A program made the translations under genes and the position numbers. Shown here piece after piece: positions 1-13,222 of a stretch of DNA of 64,000 bases. Every line of letters begins with the position of its first letter. Within the stretch, counting starts at the first letter, position 1. Under the pieces are notes generated by a model that was not told the origin of the DNA, searched no databases, and saw nothing but the letters and a program-made list of their open reading frames with translations. Source of the DNA: Lama glama (Eukaryota). The stretch lies in assembly GCA_028534125.1 (NCBI GenBank), contig CM052825.1:1364001-1428000 (forward strand). The letters run 5' to 3'.

Positions 1-1439
1 CCTGCCGGCGTGAACGGCACTGTGCACCGCCTCCTCGCCGTCCTGGTCAGCGAGGGCCTCGAGGGCACGGGACCCCAGCTCCCGCGGCTCCTGAAGAAAT
101 GAGTGCTCCCTATCGTCTGGGACCTCAAGAACGCTCCCAGGCTTCTCTGACCCATTCCATCACCTGAAGGAGAAAGATGCAGTGATGGCACCCTCCCCCA
201 GGACCTCCATGAGATGAAATGAGGTTATGCACAGATCAGCTGGACACAGGAAATGGTCCTGAGGCGGTCACACAGTCAGGACGGTCAGGATCAAGAGCCA
301 ACCACCCCACCCCAGGCAAGCAGTTGTCTGCAGGCCCTGTGCCACGTGCTGTCACACCACACCTCCCGACACCCAGACCTGACAGACAGGTGCCCATCCT
401 GCAGACAAGGTGGCGCACAGGGCTCGTCTGGGGGTCTGAGATCACCCGTGCTCCCAGGGCAGCTGCAACAGCTCCGAGGGAACCCGAGGGTCCCGAGAGG
501 TGGACAAGCACCAGGGAGTCACGCAGACCACCTGCGCGCCGGGGAGGGCTGCTCCCTGAGGCAGAGTCCCACCGACGTCCCTCCCACGTCCCTCCCAGGG
601 AAGAGCCGAGATGGCTGGATCTTCAGCTGTGACCGCAGCCGAGGGCGCTGCTGGTCCCGCAGGCGCCCATGGTCTCTAGGCGGCTGACCTTCCTGCTGCT
701 GCTGCTCAGAAAACCTCAGAAAATACTTCACAGTTTGGGGGGAGAAAAACGCAGACACGCTTCCTTTCCCCTAACAGTTCATTCTGTTCCAAAATCAAAG
801 TAAAACAAAGAGGATCGCCTGGAAAAACGTTGAGGCGTTCATTGCAAGTCGCTCTTAACATCCGCTTCATCCGACAGCAGCCTTGAGAGCAAAAGGCAAC
901 CTCTGTCACTTGAGGGTTTCGACTAAATTGATGTGATTGTGTCGAACGTGACCAGATGCTTCTAAAAGCCACTTTTCAAGGAGACACCAGCCCCCAAAAT
1001 AGGAAAACCTTCCTTCAACTAATAAATTATTAAAACCCTACTGCACCGCGGGGTGAGGCTGTGGAGGAGAATCAGTGGCGGAAGACTGTCCTCACAGACC
1101 CACCCAGCCGGCCAGTCTGGCCGTGCGGGGCCCCGAGGGCCCCTCTGTGGCCACTGTCCTCCCAGCCCGTCCCCGAGCCCTTCACTCACTGGAGGGGTCA
1201 GCCTCACTCAGCTGTCCACCCTCAAGTGATTCAGGGGGGATCAGACTGGTTTAAGCTCGCCACGGTGACCCCATCCTCTGTGGGTACCTGGTCCGGGGCA
1301 GACAAAACCCCGCCTGGACCAGTGAGGCTGGAGGCGAATCTGCTGGCCGGGAGCGTGGTGGGGGCTCCTAGGAAAGGTTTCCTTGTTCCAAAAAGGAGAT
1401 CCAAGAAAGAGGTCTCTCCTTTCTCCTTCTGATGCGACC

Positions 1440-2030
1440 CCTGGAACAAGCCCCTTCAAGACGACCCCTAGACGGCATGGGGCGGGGGGCAGGGGCCTGA
1501 ACACCGGGGGACCAGCCACAGGAAGAGAGGCTGGAACCTTCAGCTCCACCCCCATCTCCAGGGAGGGGAGAGGGGCTAGAGACCGAGCTAATCACCAACA
1601 GGCAAGACCTAACCAAGCAGGAACCTGCAGACAAACTGCCAAACCGGGGGGTTCAGAGAGCTTCCGGGCCAGTGGGCACCTGGAGGAACCGGGAGGGCAC
1701 CGCGCCCGGGGACGGCATGAGGCACTGCCCCCGCCCCCACCCCCACCCGCCATGCACCCTTCCTATCGGCTGTCGGCTCTCCCAGCCGCGCCCTCCGTAA
1801 CACACCAGTAACCCGAAGTAAAGGGCTTTCCTGAGTTCTGCCAATCCCTCCAGCAAATCACCAGGGGCAGAGGGGGTGCCTGAACCCGCAGTCAGACAGA
1901 AGCACAAGCAGCCTGGGAACCCGGAGGCGGGGGCCCTTGGGACGGGGCCCCCCACCTGTGGGGTCAGGGTCTGGCTGAGCTGAGTTGAACCCTGGGACAC
2001 TGGCAGGTGTCAGAGTGGGAGGATGGGTGT
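1440..2030 (+). mobile_element. MER21-like LTR (solo, degenerate)
   Basis: ggttcagagagcttccggg...gggagggcaccgcgcccggggacggcatg...aagtaaagggctttcctgagttctg...cagcaaatca. Confidence 0.75.
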
Positions 2031-2479
2031 GGGCACGCCGCACACTCAGGGTCTGGAGGAAGTCACAGCCGCCTGCCCTGGGCTCCGGAGGGCAGACACA
2101 AGCATCCTGCTGCCACAGTCTCGGGTGGCCCAGGACCCTCCCTGAGTGCACAAGTCTGCACACTCCACGCACTCAGATGCTTCAGCCCAGGCTCCAGGCT
2201 CCCACACCTTCAAGGGGCCACACAGAGCCCCCGCCTCTGCAAAGCGCGGCGGGTGGGGAACACCCGCCTCAGGCCCACCCAGGAAGCCGCCCCAGGGCCT
2301 GGCTGCTCTGACCGCCAGGCTCACTGCCGTGGGGCAGACATGGGCGCCCTGCACCCTGCAGCCCAGCTCCCACTGGCTCAGGCCAAGGCAGGGAGTGAGC
2401 AGGGAAGCGAGCTGGTCCTGAGCTGGCCCCCACTTTCCAAAGCAGACACGTCCCCGCAGACGCGGGCCCCCAGACCTAC

Positions 2480-2566
2480 CTGCTGGTGATGGAGCTGTTC
2501 CTGTCTTTCAGGGCAAGCTCGCGCTGCTGCAGCTCCACGATGAACCTGGAAAGGTCCTCCGGGGTC
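2480..2566 (-). CDS. MAD1L1: MAD1L1 exon 11
   Basis: (R)[28 protein letters not shown](S). CAG acceptor 2567-2569, AG|GTAGGT donor. 87 nt, phase compatible with exon 10. Confidence 0.96.
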
Positions 2567-5500
2567 CTGCGGGACCAAGGGCACACGTCAGCACGGCTGT
2601 CCCGGGGGCACCTGGGTCTGCACGCTGCAGGGACCCCACAAGCCACGCCCACCACTGCCGGTCCAGACCCGGATGAGTGAGGTCCTACACGGGGTGGTGG
2701 GTGTGCTCCCCCATCCCCGGGCTCAAACTCAGCCTGCAGCTAGGCCATGTGACACTGGACACGTCATTTTTTCAAGCTTTGATTTTTTTTCACCTATAAG
2801 AAGCAAGCCGACACACAAGAGCGTCACTATGCAGAAGATCAGAAGTGAGGTTTACCAGCAACTGCCAAGCAGGTGCACGTGCCCAGGGCACTTGGGTCTC
2901 CTTTCCTCCCTTCTCCTTCCAAACCCACGTACGATTCAGCAGCAGCACCAGACTGGCACAGCAGACGCCACGCGCACAAGGCCTGGAATCCGCAAACCCC
3001 TTCCAGGTTACTTGTGTCCGTCAATGCTCAGAGCAGCCCTGTTGCTCATGGTTTTCATTTCACAGGTGGGGAAGCTGAGACTCAGACAGTGATCGCCGGA
3101 GCCCCCCAGCCCAGCACCAGGCTCAGGAGAAGGTGCGCCAGGACCATCGTGAGAGATGAAGGGAGATCCAGCAGAGCGTGCACTGGCCCCACACCAGCCC
3201 GGGGCCCACTGGCTACACGGCCCCCTGACGCAGAAGGGCCGAGAGGGCGTGAGCGCGAGGCCAGGGGCCAAGGCCAGGGCTACACGGGGGCGAGGCTGTG
3301 GGGAGTGCTGAGGCCACCCCCACACCCCCTCCACAAATGGGTCCCCAGCACTAGGCGAACGGTGGTGGCTGGCGGGGCCAAGGGGGCCAGGACCCAAGCT
3401 ACACAGACAACACACATCCTTCGGAAGGAGAGGCCAACGCCAAGCTACAGAGGGGCCACTGGCCAGCTCACTACCGAAGGCTCTCTTTCTGGCCCCAGAA
3501 CACACTCCAGCCTCCCCTCACCTACCAGTGAACCCCTCTTGCTCAAGTTGGCACCTGCAGTCGCGTGGAACCCAAGGACCCCTCACAGAAACCTGCTGAA
3601 ACCGAGCCTCACGTCCGTGCCCCACAAACCCTACACCCTTGGGCCCCCTGGGCCTGCGAGTCTCGCGGAAGATGTCTCTTCCTCCAGGAAGCCCCCGAGC
3701 CTCTCCCCACCCCAGCACGACGCAGCCCAGTACCACCACCATCAAACCCGTCGTCCGTGTGGGGTCATCTCAAGTCTGCCGTCGCTAGAACGTGAGCCCC
3801 GACGTCTCCACTTGTCAGCACAGCACCCAAAAGCCCAGCGCAGCCCCTGCCCCACCCCACACGCTGGGGCCTCAGCCGTCGGCACTCCGCCCACAAGCGA
3901 CTCCACGCCCCTCCCCTCAGGTCACCTCAGGGAGGCCCTTCCCGACCAGCAAGGGAAAGCCCCCTCCTGGACATTCTGCGAGGCACAGCGCAGAGGCCTC
4001 CACCCTGACTCCGCCCTGGACACAAAGCAGCCCTGCAGACTAGAAAACAGTCACAGTGAGGAGACATGCCCCAGGGAAAGACCTTTGAGAAAACGGGGCC
4101 TAGGAGGGGAAGGGCTGAACCGGCCTTGAATGCCACTCTTTTCAAAGCTTCCTAACATTTTCCAACTCAGGGAGTTAAAAACACTAATAGGAAAATAAGC
4201 AAAACAAGTAAAGACTTTTAAGCTAAAGTTTTTTTCTGAAACATACTAAATAGACTTAAGTTGTTTTCTATTTTCCTGTGTTAAGCAGTCGAAGGAGCAC
4301 ACACACTGTCCCTTCATCAGTGCAAAGTGCATTTAAAACAAACGCGTATGTCCACATTTGCAAGGCCCCCGCCCCAGGGGCCCAGGACCAGGCAGCGCCA
4401 CATGGGAGAAGCAGACAGAGGCCCGAGGGTGGCTGGGGAAGCCTGACCATCACCACCCTCCTCCTCACGCCCCTTCCAGGCAGGGCCACGTCGGCTCAGA
4501 CCTGGAACAGCGGGAAGGGCCTGTGGAGAGGCCTCTGCCAGACAGGTGACCACACACTGTCCAGGAGCTCTCGCTAACTGACACGGCGGCTTTCTCTGGT
4601 TGAGGGCAAGCTGCCTGCAACACCCCCCAAACAGAAGCCTTCCTGGAAACTGGAGAGCCGTCTGCAGAGCTGGGAGCACGTGACAGCAATTTAGAAACAA
4701 GATTCTTGCCCTGGGGTACAAATTACCCCACAAAGCGGGGAGCTAGAGTAACAGAGGAGAGCCAGACTCTGCAAACCAAGGCTCTCCAATTTCCTTTGAA
4801 GTAAAGATAATTTGAAATGTAACAATTTAATAATGACAGGAAGTTGGAAATGGTCAAATGAAGAGAAAAATGGGCCTAATATGCTCTCCTTGGAAATGCT
4901 CCACTCCCACTGACAGCGTGGGGTGTCTGCACGTCTGCAGGCCAAGGCTGCCACACCCCGGGCGGCCTGAGCCTCAGACCCTCCAGCTGAACCTCACGGA
5001 GGCTGTCTGACACCCCAAGACTTTGGAACTTTTGAGCAGCCATTTCAACAGAGTGTCAGGAGGCCTGGCTCCACATTCAAAGAAACTAAGCAGGAAGCTG
5101 GCTTTCCCACAATCCCGCCCCTCTCGCACGAAGACCACCAGGCAAAGGCGCCGTGCGCCTGAGGAGCCCCTCCGGCCTGTCCTCTGTGTTGTGCCCCGAC
5201 CCCCCTGGGAGAGCGCAGAGAGAGCGGCCACCACCGGGACCCACAGGGTGGGGTGCCGGGCAGACAGCCACAGGGGTCTGGCTTTCCAGCAGCGGCCTCC
5301 TGGCGACACCCCAGCCCCAAGGCCCAGGCGCAACCCTTCCCGCTGATGGGTCTTCGAGTCACAGGGCCTGGCTGTCCCGCATGCCCAATTCCAGAAGACC
5401 AAACGGCACAGGAAGGACCCCACCTCCTGCTCCCGGCCCAGCCCTGCCCCGCTGCTGCTGGCAAACACACGGCCACCGGTCCTCCTCGAGGGGCCCTGGG

Positions 5501-6179
5501 CTGGAAAACCTGCAGCTCTGGCTCTGTGACCTGAGACTCAGGAGTCCAGGCAGGCCTGTCATTCCTGCTGGTCACTAGGTTTCAACTTCTCCTAAAAGCA
5601 CAGAGCTCAACACTCCAGAAGCCAGTTGCAACACTCCAGAATCACGCCACCCTCGGAGACAGAGAAGGCGGGAGTCTTGAAAGGGAAGACACGACGGGCT
5701 GCGGCAACCCGGGACTCAGCCACAGCTCACACAACTCCCGGCCGAGCCCAGCTCAAAAGGGCTCCTCGAGGCTTGTTTCCAGAACCGCAAGACCCGGGCA
5801 CGTGGTGGTGCGACCACCTGGCAGCCCCCACACACCCATTAATCTCACCAGAGCAGAAGAAGACAGGAGACTTTAAAAGCGTTTGTAGGGCTTCCCACTC
5901 AATCCCATTTCGACACTGAGTTTGGGAAACGAGGATGTCACAGTGAAAGCAGCTGACGACAGCTCGTTATGTAAATAAGGAGTGCACGTTTTAATTTGAG
6001 GTAATTATTAATCAGTAAATGGAACAGTGTGGAATTCCACACACTCTTAAGTTCTACAGTGTTGATCAAAAAGAAAGCACGCTCTGTTGAGGAGTGAGCT
6101 GCGTGAGCTTTAATTAAAACAGCACTTTTAAGGCACTGGTTTGAGAATGGGCCCCAAGAGAAAGCAGACAGTAGCGCGC

Positions 6180-6420
6180 GGGTGCAGCGGCTCCGCGGCC
6201 CAGCACGACACGTCACCACCGACGGACACCTGGGTGGGTTCTACCCTTCAGCTACGGTGAAGAGCGATGCTGTCAACACTGGTTTTCAAGTGTGTGTTCA
6301 AGTCTCTGCTTTCACACTTCTGGATGTACACCCAGAGGCAGCCCTGGGGATTCTTCCATTTTCAGTTTTCTGAGGAGTCGCCATACTGTGTTCCACAGCA
6401 GCTGCACCATTTCATGCTCC
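6180..6420 (-). mobile_element. Antisense L1M fragment
   Basis: gacggacacctgggtgg...tctctgctttcac...ttttctgaggagtcgccatactgtgttccacagcagctgcaccattt. Confidence 0.75.
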
Positions 6421-7359
6421 CTGTTTCACTGTTTTTAACATTAAAAAAAAAAAGTTCAGTGAAAGAAAATAAGCGAGTGAGACTTGCAGCCGCACCACAG
6501 GACGCAGTACACATCACATCTGATGGGGGCAAAAATGCGCTGGCCAGACGGTCGCTACAGGTCACGAGAGGCGGGGAGAGCGTGGGCAGGTGTGCGCGGG
6601 CGTGCCCACTTCTGGTCCAGGAAGGGGACTCCTGCAGCTCCCTGGGCCGTGGCATCGTGGGGGCGGGAGGGTGTCCAAAATAGTCCCCCTCTGCATCAGA
6701 ATCACCTGGAATCACTCCAGCCCACCCACCTCCACCTCTGGACCCTCCGAAGCAAAACCCCTAGGGGCGGGGCCTGGGATCTGCCAACAGGTGGCTCTCG
6801 TGCACAACTTGGACCCATTGATCATCTGCAGAAACAGGGAAATCTAAGCAGTAAAACAATCATGTAACACTGCACGGCAAGACACCAAAAATTCTCTGTG
6901 CCACCCAGGAAACCATCTGCTGTACGTCTGACAAAGACAACATTCGTGGAGGCTCTCTGTCAATTTGATGGACAACATTAGGTTTCAGAATTTGGTCCAA
7001 AACTAAAAGAAGAATCCCAGAAGACAAGGCAGAGCGATTTACCCACAAATGTCACTGCAAGAATTCTGGAAACTACCACTCGCAATGGAGAGACTGCTGT
7101 GACTACTACGTAAGGAAATGTTACCAAGCTTTCTGCCAACTTGATACATCATCGAACATCCTCAAAACAACTATAATAAATAACAACACAAAATACAATT
7201 AAAAAAACACCCAAACAACTAATGAAAACACGACGGCAGGGCTGCCATAAATAGGGCTGCTCGCCGCACAGCTGCAGGGGGTGCGAGCCCCCTTGCCCAT
7301 AGAAGCGTCACTTCTGCGACGCAGCCACAGTACGGGGGACCTGCCCCCTCTGAGACAGA

Positions 7360-7460
7360 CGCTCTAAGCACCTTCCGGATACTGAGTTGTTTCATCCTTT
7401 CAACAGCCTTCACTACCCCCACTACACAGGTGGGGAAGCGGAGGCACAGAGGAGTCAGGA
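7360..7460 (-). mobile_element. MIR SINE fragment
   Basis: MIR core acaggtggggaagcggaggcacagagg. A similar core lies at about 3050-3095. Confidence 0.6.
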
Positions 7461-10400
7461 GCAACCGGAAAAGCTGAGACCCACGCAGGGTGGCCTGGCC
7501 AAGGCCATGCTCCTGACTCCCATGCTGGTGGGCCCAGCGACCTCAAACTGGTTTGTAAAACACGCCACACACACAACGCCGCTGAAACGGTAAGCGCACG
7601 CGACGTGAGAAAATAGTTTAAGCGCCAGTGTATTTGCCTCTTTTTAACAACAACAAGCATATATATTCACTGAAAAGGCAAAACCAAACACAAGGTTAAG
7701 TGCACCCTGATTAATACCATCTGTGCAGAGGCAAGGCCTGGAAGGAAATGCTTACAAAAAGGCAAGAGTCACGTTACTGATGCAGAATCCCTGGCACCTT
7801 TTCCATTTTTCAAAAAGATTCTACAATTCTGTTGTGAGAATTATTTCCAGCAACAGCTTTTTTCTTTTTAACTGTATTTTCTAGCTGTGGAAACCAGTGG
7901 CCACAGAAGTGGTGACCAGCTGGGACAGGGTGAGACCACACCACACCCTCACAGCGTCTGCGGGGGCTGTTCCGAGAGACCCACCCGGCACAGCCCACAG
8001 CCCGGGAGACCCCGCAAGGACATCTGGGCCGGGGCACCTCTCTGCTCTGTCACTGTTCACGCGGGCCAGGCGTGGAGCACGGGCTGCCACCGTGCAGGGA
8101 CTGGGGGCTGTGCGCCCCTCGCCCCAGAGGCCCAGCCCTCTCTCCCGGTGCCCTGCCCGGGGGGGGGGGGGCAGGGATGCAGGTGTGTGCACGCCTGTGC
8201 ATGGTATCCCGTAAACACACGCACCTTCCACTCTCCTGCTGAAGGTCCTGAGGGCTGAGAGCTGAGCCCAGGGAGGAGGAGAACAGTGTCCCCTGAAAGG
8301 ACCCCACAGCAGGCAGAAGGGAGCCCGGCCCACAGGAGGGGACGGCGCAGGAGTGACAGTGCTGATTCCTGGGCCACCAGGAGGCTCGTTGGTTTGTTCC
8401 CACCCTAGCGACCGCCTGGCCTGTGAGCAGGGCTCCGGCCAGCAGTGCAAGCAGCATGCGCACCCAGGCCCTCTTCTCCAGAAGCAGTGCCTCCTCTTCC
8501 TGGAGGAGCCGCGAGTCGGGCAGTCCTGCAGGGGCTCAGGGAAAGAGCTCAAGGTTCAAAGTGTCTGATTCCATTCACGTTCCAAGGAACATTACAGCCC
8601 CAAACCGCAAAGGCACCCCCAAACTGCACCTCCAACTTCTTTTGTCTAGAGAGAACCACATGGTCTGTGCGCACATTTACAGAGCATAACCTGGAAGATT
8701 CAGCCCAAATGGACACCGGTGGGTAACTCAAGGTCACGGCTGAGGTTGGTGGCAGCAAAGGGATCTTCAACTCCATGTACGCTGTTTAAGCTTCCTTTGA
8801 TGAGAAAGCGTGTGCTACACGTCTAAGCACAAAGGAAAAGTAAGAGAAAAACCGCACACCCAGAGTGCTCCCTGCGTGGAAACGTCACCCACAAGTCCGG
8901 CGGGAGAAGCAGGGGGCTGACGGAGGACAGGGCCTCCAGGGACTGCTCCACACAGCGTGAGCCCAGCGGCCGGGCCGCAGCGCGGGGGGCGTCTGGGGGA
9001 GAAGGAGCAGGCGCACCCGAGAGGCCCGGGAGCTCAGGAACCCGGACGTGGCCCCGCAGGAACAGACAGCCGCAGCTGCGCCCCCACCGCCAGGAGCTCC
9101 AAGGGCGGACACGGGCAAGTTCCTGAAGGGCTGTTGAATCGTGAAGGATTATTAAACACCACACAGCAAATCAAAGACCAGAGGCCAAAGTGCCTCCCAC
9201 TGGCAGGAGAGTGTTTATTTCCCTGCACTCCTGACCTGCCGTGCGGTTAGAGCTCTTCGGAGATGCTCCCCGAGGGCGCCGGGGGTTTAGCTCTGCGCTG
9301 GCAGCCAGCAGGGGCCAGGCCAAGGACCATTACAGCCTAGGACTGCGCGGGCGCCACCCCCCACCCCCGCCCCGGGCAGGAAGAGCCAAGCACTCCAAAA
9401 CTTCTGCTTCACAAACTGAGAAGCGGACGGTCTGCCGAGGGCCTCAGGGTTCTCCGCCTCAGAGATGACAGGAGAGTGGCAGTTCCAACTACAGCCCAAG
9501 CTGTGACATTTGCTGTTTAAAACTCTGGCTTCAGCTCTGAAGCCTTTTAACTCTAACTGGTGGGCTTTAAAGGAGGAAAAGTCTTTGTTCAGTCTGCAGC
9601 TGAATCCTGGCTCACTCTGGCTGCGGGCACAGCAGGAGGCCTGGGGGTTGGGCCCACTGGCCGGTCCCCAAGGCAGCGGCTCTCCAGGCTCTCCAGCCCA
9701 GCAGCGGCTGTTCTGAGGCTCCTGGCAGCAGATGCCAGGACACTCGCTGACACTCACAGTGCCGTCTCAGCAGGTCTGAAGACACGAGGTCCAGAGGACC
9801 CCGACTTGGCACCGATCACAAAACTCATCCACGAAGAAGAAGCCTCAAGTCTTTTCTGAGGCACTGTTTACAGAAGAGCGGAAGCTAAAGGGTGCAGGGC
9901 AGTCCGGGGGGGCTCCAGTCAGAGGGCCTTACAGGCGCGGGGCACACCCCGGTGAGGCGGACCCCCTCGCAGGCTTGTTTCTGCAGAAAATATGTGGAAC
10001 CAGGAATAGGAAAATTAGACAGCAAGACTTGGTGCTAAACCCCAAAAGGAGGGTGAGCGCTCACGACAGCCAAGTCACAGCGCCTGCCGCGCTGCTCTCA
10101 ACGCGGGGCGCGGCCAGGGTGGAGGCGCAGCTGCCTCGGGAGGGCTGCGCGTCACCAAGGCCAGGCCTGGGTAAAGCCTGCTGTGCATCTAGGCTGGGGA
10201 GGAGCAGCCCCTGTCGCCTGAAGGACAGCAACAAGCTCTGTGTGGCCAGCTCTGACGGGCCGCCTTCCCCGCCCGGTAGCCAACCCTGCTGCTCCAGCCC
10301 CAGGCCACGCGCTGGCGTCAGACACTCCAGAGAAAGGAAGGCCATGACCACCGACTGGTCCTGAGGCCACAGGCACCCCACCTTCAGGGGACCTAGGAAG

Positions 10401-11439
10401 GTCATCAGTCCCTCTCAGCCAGGGGCCGGTCCGGGACAGCTTGGCCACATGGTGGACAGCAGCCATTCGGACATGCTCTAAAGCTGCTCATTTCCCAGGG
10501 GGACAGAGAACAAGTCACTCTGTCCCCATGGAAAGGTGGCTAGTATCAGACAGTCTCAGGCACACCCCTCCCCAGCCCACTCACACGTCCAAAGGCACAC
10601 ACGCCCAGAGATGCCCAGAGGAGCCCGGGGCCACATAGCACACAGGGGCCCTTCCTCGAGCTGCAGCGCTCCTGTGATTGGTAGCGGTTTTCATGTGAGA
10701 AAAGATCTCTCTCACACTGACTGACCCCAAAAAGGGTGTGAGTCTCCAGGTCCCTGCACAGCCACAGACCCTCCTCATTCTGAAGAGCACCCCGCTCACC
10801 CCCGTGCCCCTGTCCGCGGGCAGACGGCTCAGAGGGGTGGCGGCGCTGCTGCGAATGCACATGCCCGGCTCTGCATCCCGAGCTACAGCCCCGTCCTCAC
10901 ACGGCCCCGCCAGCGGCACTCCGGAAACAGGCATCCCTGCTCACGGTCAGGCCTCAGCCTGAAGCTCCTCCCGAAACCACGCAGGGAGGCCGCCCTCCCG
11001 CCAAGTGCAGCCCTCAGTAACGGCCTCTCCGCAGTGCCCACGGCGAGAGCCCCTCTTCCTCCACGCACTCTCCGCCCTCCCCTGAGACCCCTGCTCATCC
11101 TTCTCCCTCCCGGGGTCCCGGTCCCCACACGTGGCCCCAGGCTGGACTGCACGCACAACTGTTAGAGCCCACGGCTCTGACCGCAGCGCCGCGCATCCAC
11201 CACCGCAGACTCTCCACTCCAGACCCGCCGCTCTCTGCGGTCTGAGGGGCCTCTGGGCTCAGCCCACATCACCCACATCCCTGACCTGGTGCCCCTCCAC
11301 CCAGGGGACCTAGTCTCCATGCTGCCTATCATCAAGGCAGACCTGAGGCCTGCGGCTTCCTCTGCACCCCCCGCCCACGCAGAGCCATCCTCAGAACAGC
11401 CCGAGTCCCCCTCACGCATAGCTCCACCGCCACTGGCTC

Positions 11440-12070
11440 GCTGCCCTCAGTCTCACACTCACCTTCAAGCAACTGCCTGCAACACGACAGTGCTTCCTTC
11501 AAAACGTGGGTTAGATCACGTGCTCTCTTGTCAGAACTCTCCGATGCACCGCACCACACCACAACGCCAAGTAAAAGCCCAAGTCCCCACCGGAGCCTGC
11601 GAGGCCTGAGGGGGCCTGACCACAGCTGCCTCTCAGACCCAAATGCGGGGCTTGAGCCACACTCCCACCTCAGGGCCTTTGCACGTCCCACTTCCAGAAG
11701 ACTCCTCCCCCAGGGATCTATGTGGCATGCCCCCCATCAATTCTTTTCAGGCCTTTACCTAAATATTACCAGGCTCTCACCTGTGTCTGCCCCCACCATC
11801 CCATTTAAACCAGTAAACTGTCAACTCCCTCCCTCCCTCCCCCAAACCCTCCCTCTCTCTTCCAGCACTAACTGCCTTCACAGAAAAGATCAGCACCCGG
11901 GGTGCCAGGTATTTATTGTCTTCTCGTCTGTCGTCTCTCTGCTTCAACTAGAACACAAGCTCCATCAGGCCAAAGTGCCGTTTTCATGCTGCTCTATGGC
12001 CTCACTGGCTGTGAACCCGGAGCACCACCCGGGACCACAACAGGCCTTCCATAAACATGAGATGATGAAC
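11440..12070 (+). mobile_element. L2 LINE 3' fragment
   Basis: cacctcagggcctttgcac...actagaacacaagctccatcagg...ataaacatgagatgatgaa. Confidence 0.75.
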
Positions 12071-12231
12071 GAGAAGTCATGGTGTCTTTCCAGAACAGTA
12101 ACTATCCAGCTAAATTCTACCCAGGCTTGAACTCAGACCGCAGAATCAGGAGTTTAGTATCACTGGTTAAATACAGTCCATCCACACAATGCAATGTGTA
12201 TAAAATGAAAGGAAGAGAAGACTCTCCCCGC

Positions 12232-12273
12232 GGCCCCACGGGGAAGGCCCCACGGGGAAGGCCCCACAGGGAG
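12232..12273 (+). repeat. 14-bp tandem repeat x3 (ggccccacggggaa)
   Basis: Read directly from the sequence. Confidence 0.85.
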
Positions 12274-12559
12274 GCACGCGCTGCTAGGTGAGAGCGCAGG
12301 AGGCAAGCAGAAGTCTACCAGGCGGCCTCTCGTGTGGAAGCAGAAGGTGAATGCGGGTGCTTATACTGGCTTACACCTGCCTAAGAAACGTCTGGAAGAT
12401 AAACAAGACGGAGCAGCTGCTTCCCGTGGAGAGAATGAAAACGGGACAGGAGACTTATCACAGATACCGTCTTCCAAAATTTTAACCTTTATACCAAGGA
12501 AATATAATACCTATTCAGAAAGGAGTTTTTTAAAACTTGGCATTATAAACTTATACTAC

Positions 12560-13200
12560 AGGATCAGACGCTACATAAAACTTTTTTAAAAAAGAAAGCA
12601 ATTATTCCATGATGAATTAATGCATAAAAATCTAATTATACCCACTTATAATGAAACAATCTTATATTATTCCTAAATGATGTTTTTAGCTAAGTGTAGT
12701 GAGAATAATTTGCATCATAAATGGGGCAAACATATATCACTAACAGGATTCCTATCTGAAATAATCAAGACTGGTCATCGATCCCGAAAGTTGGTTCAAG
12801 TAGGGAATCGAATATTAGATACATATGTATCTCTCAAATCTCTTAACTTAAAATATTATAAATACACACTCATTCCCCAAGCTGCTTCTTCAAATATGGG
12901 CCCACTAACCCGAGTTTCATCTTATATCTTTTGCATAAACTCACAAAACACAATCTATGACTTTGGCTTTGTTTCTTTAAAACGGACACCTGCGCTCTTC
13001 CTAAATTTTACAACTTCTTCTGCTGATCTTTTACAGTCAATTTGCTGTTATGCAATAGCTTTTTTAAAGGCAATTTTCCTTTGAGACTTTCCAAACCATT
13101 CAACTTTGTTTTCACAGAAACATTGTTTTTTTCACACATTTATTTTTCTCCAGACTCTACCATATTCAATTAAATTATGTAATGACAGTAACACGTACAA
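12560..13200 (-). mobile_element. AT-rich pogo/Tigger transposase fossil
   Basis: The minus frame at about 12870-12945 reads EFMQKI*DETRVSGPIFEEAA, resembling the CENP-B/Tc5 HTH motif WFxQKRxxGxPISGPILxEKA. Confidence 0.55.
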
Positions 13201-13222
13201 CAGGCAGAAACAGGCACATCTC

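Noticed and set aside
2873-4129. 418-aa plus-strand ORF
   Set aside because: Pro/Arg/Gly/Ser-rich with no recognisable domain, and it overlaps MIR and L2 remnants. Such ORFs are expected by chance in stop-poor GC-rich DNA.
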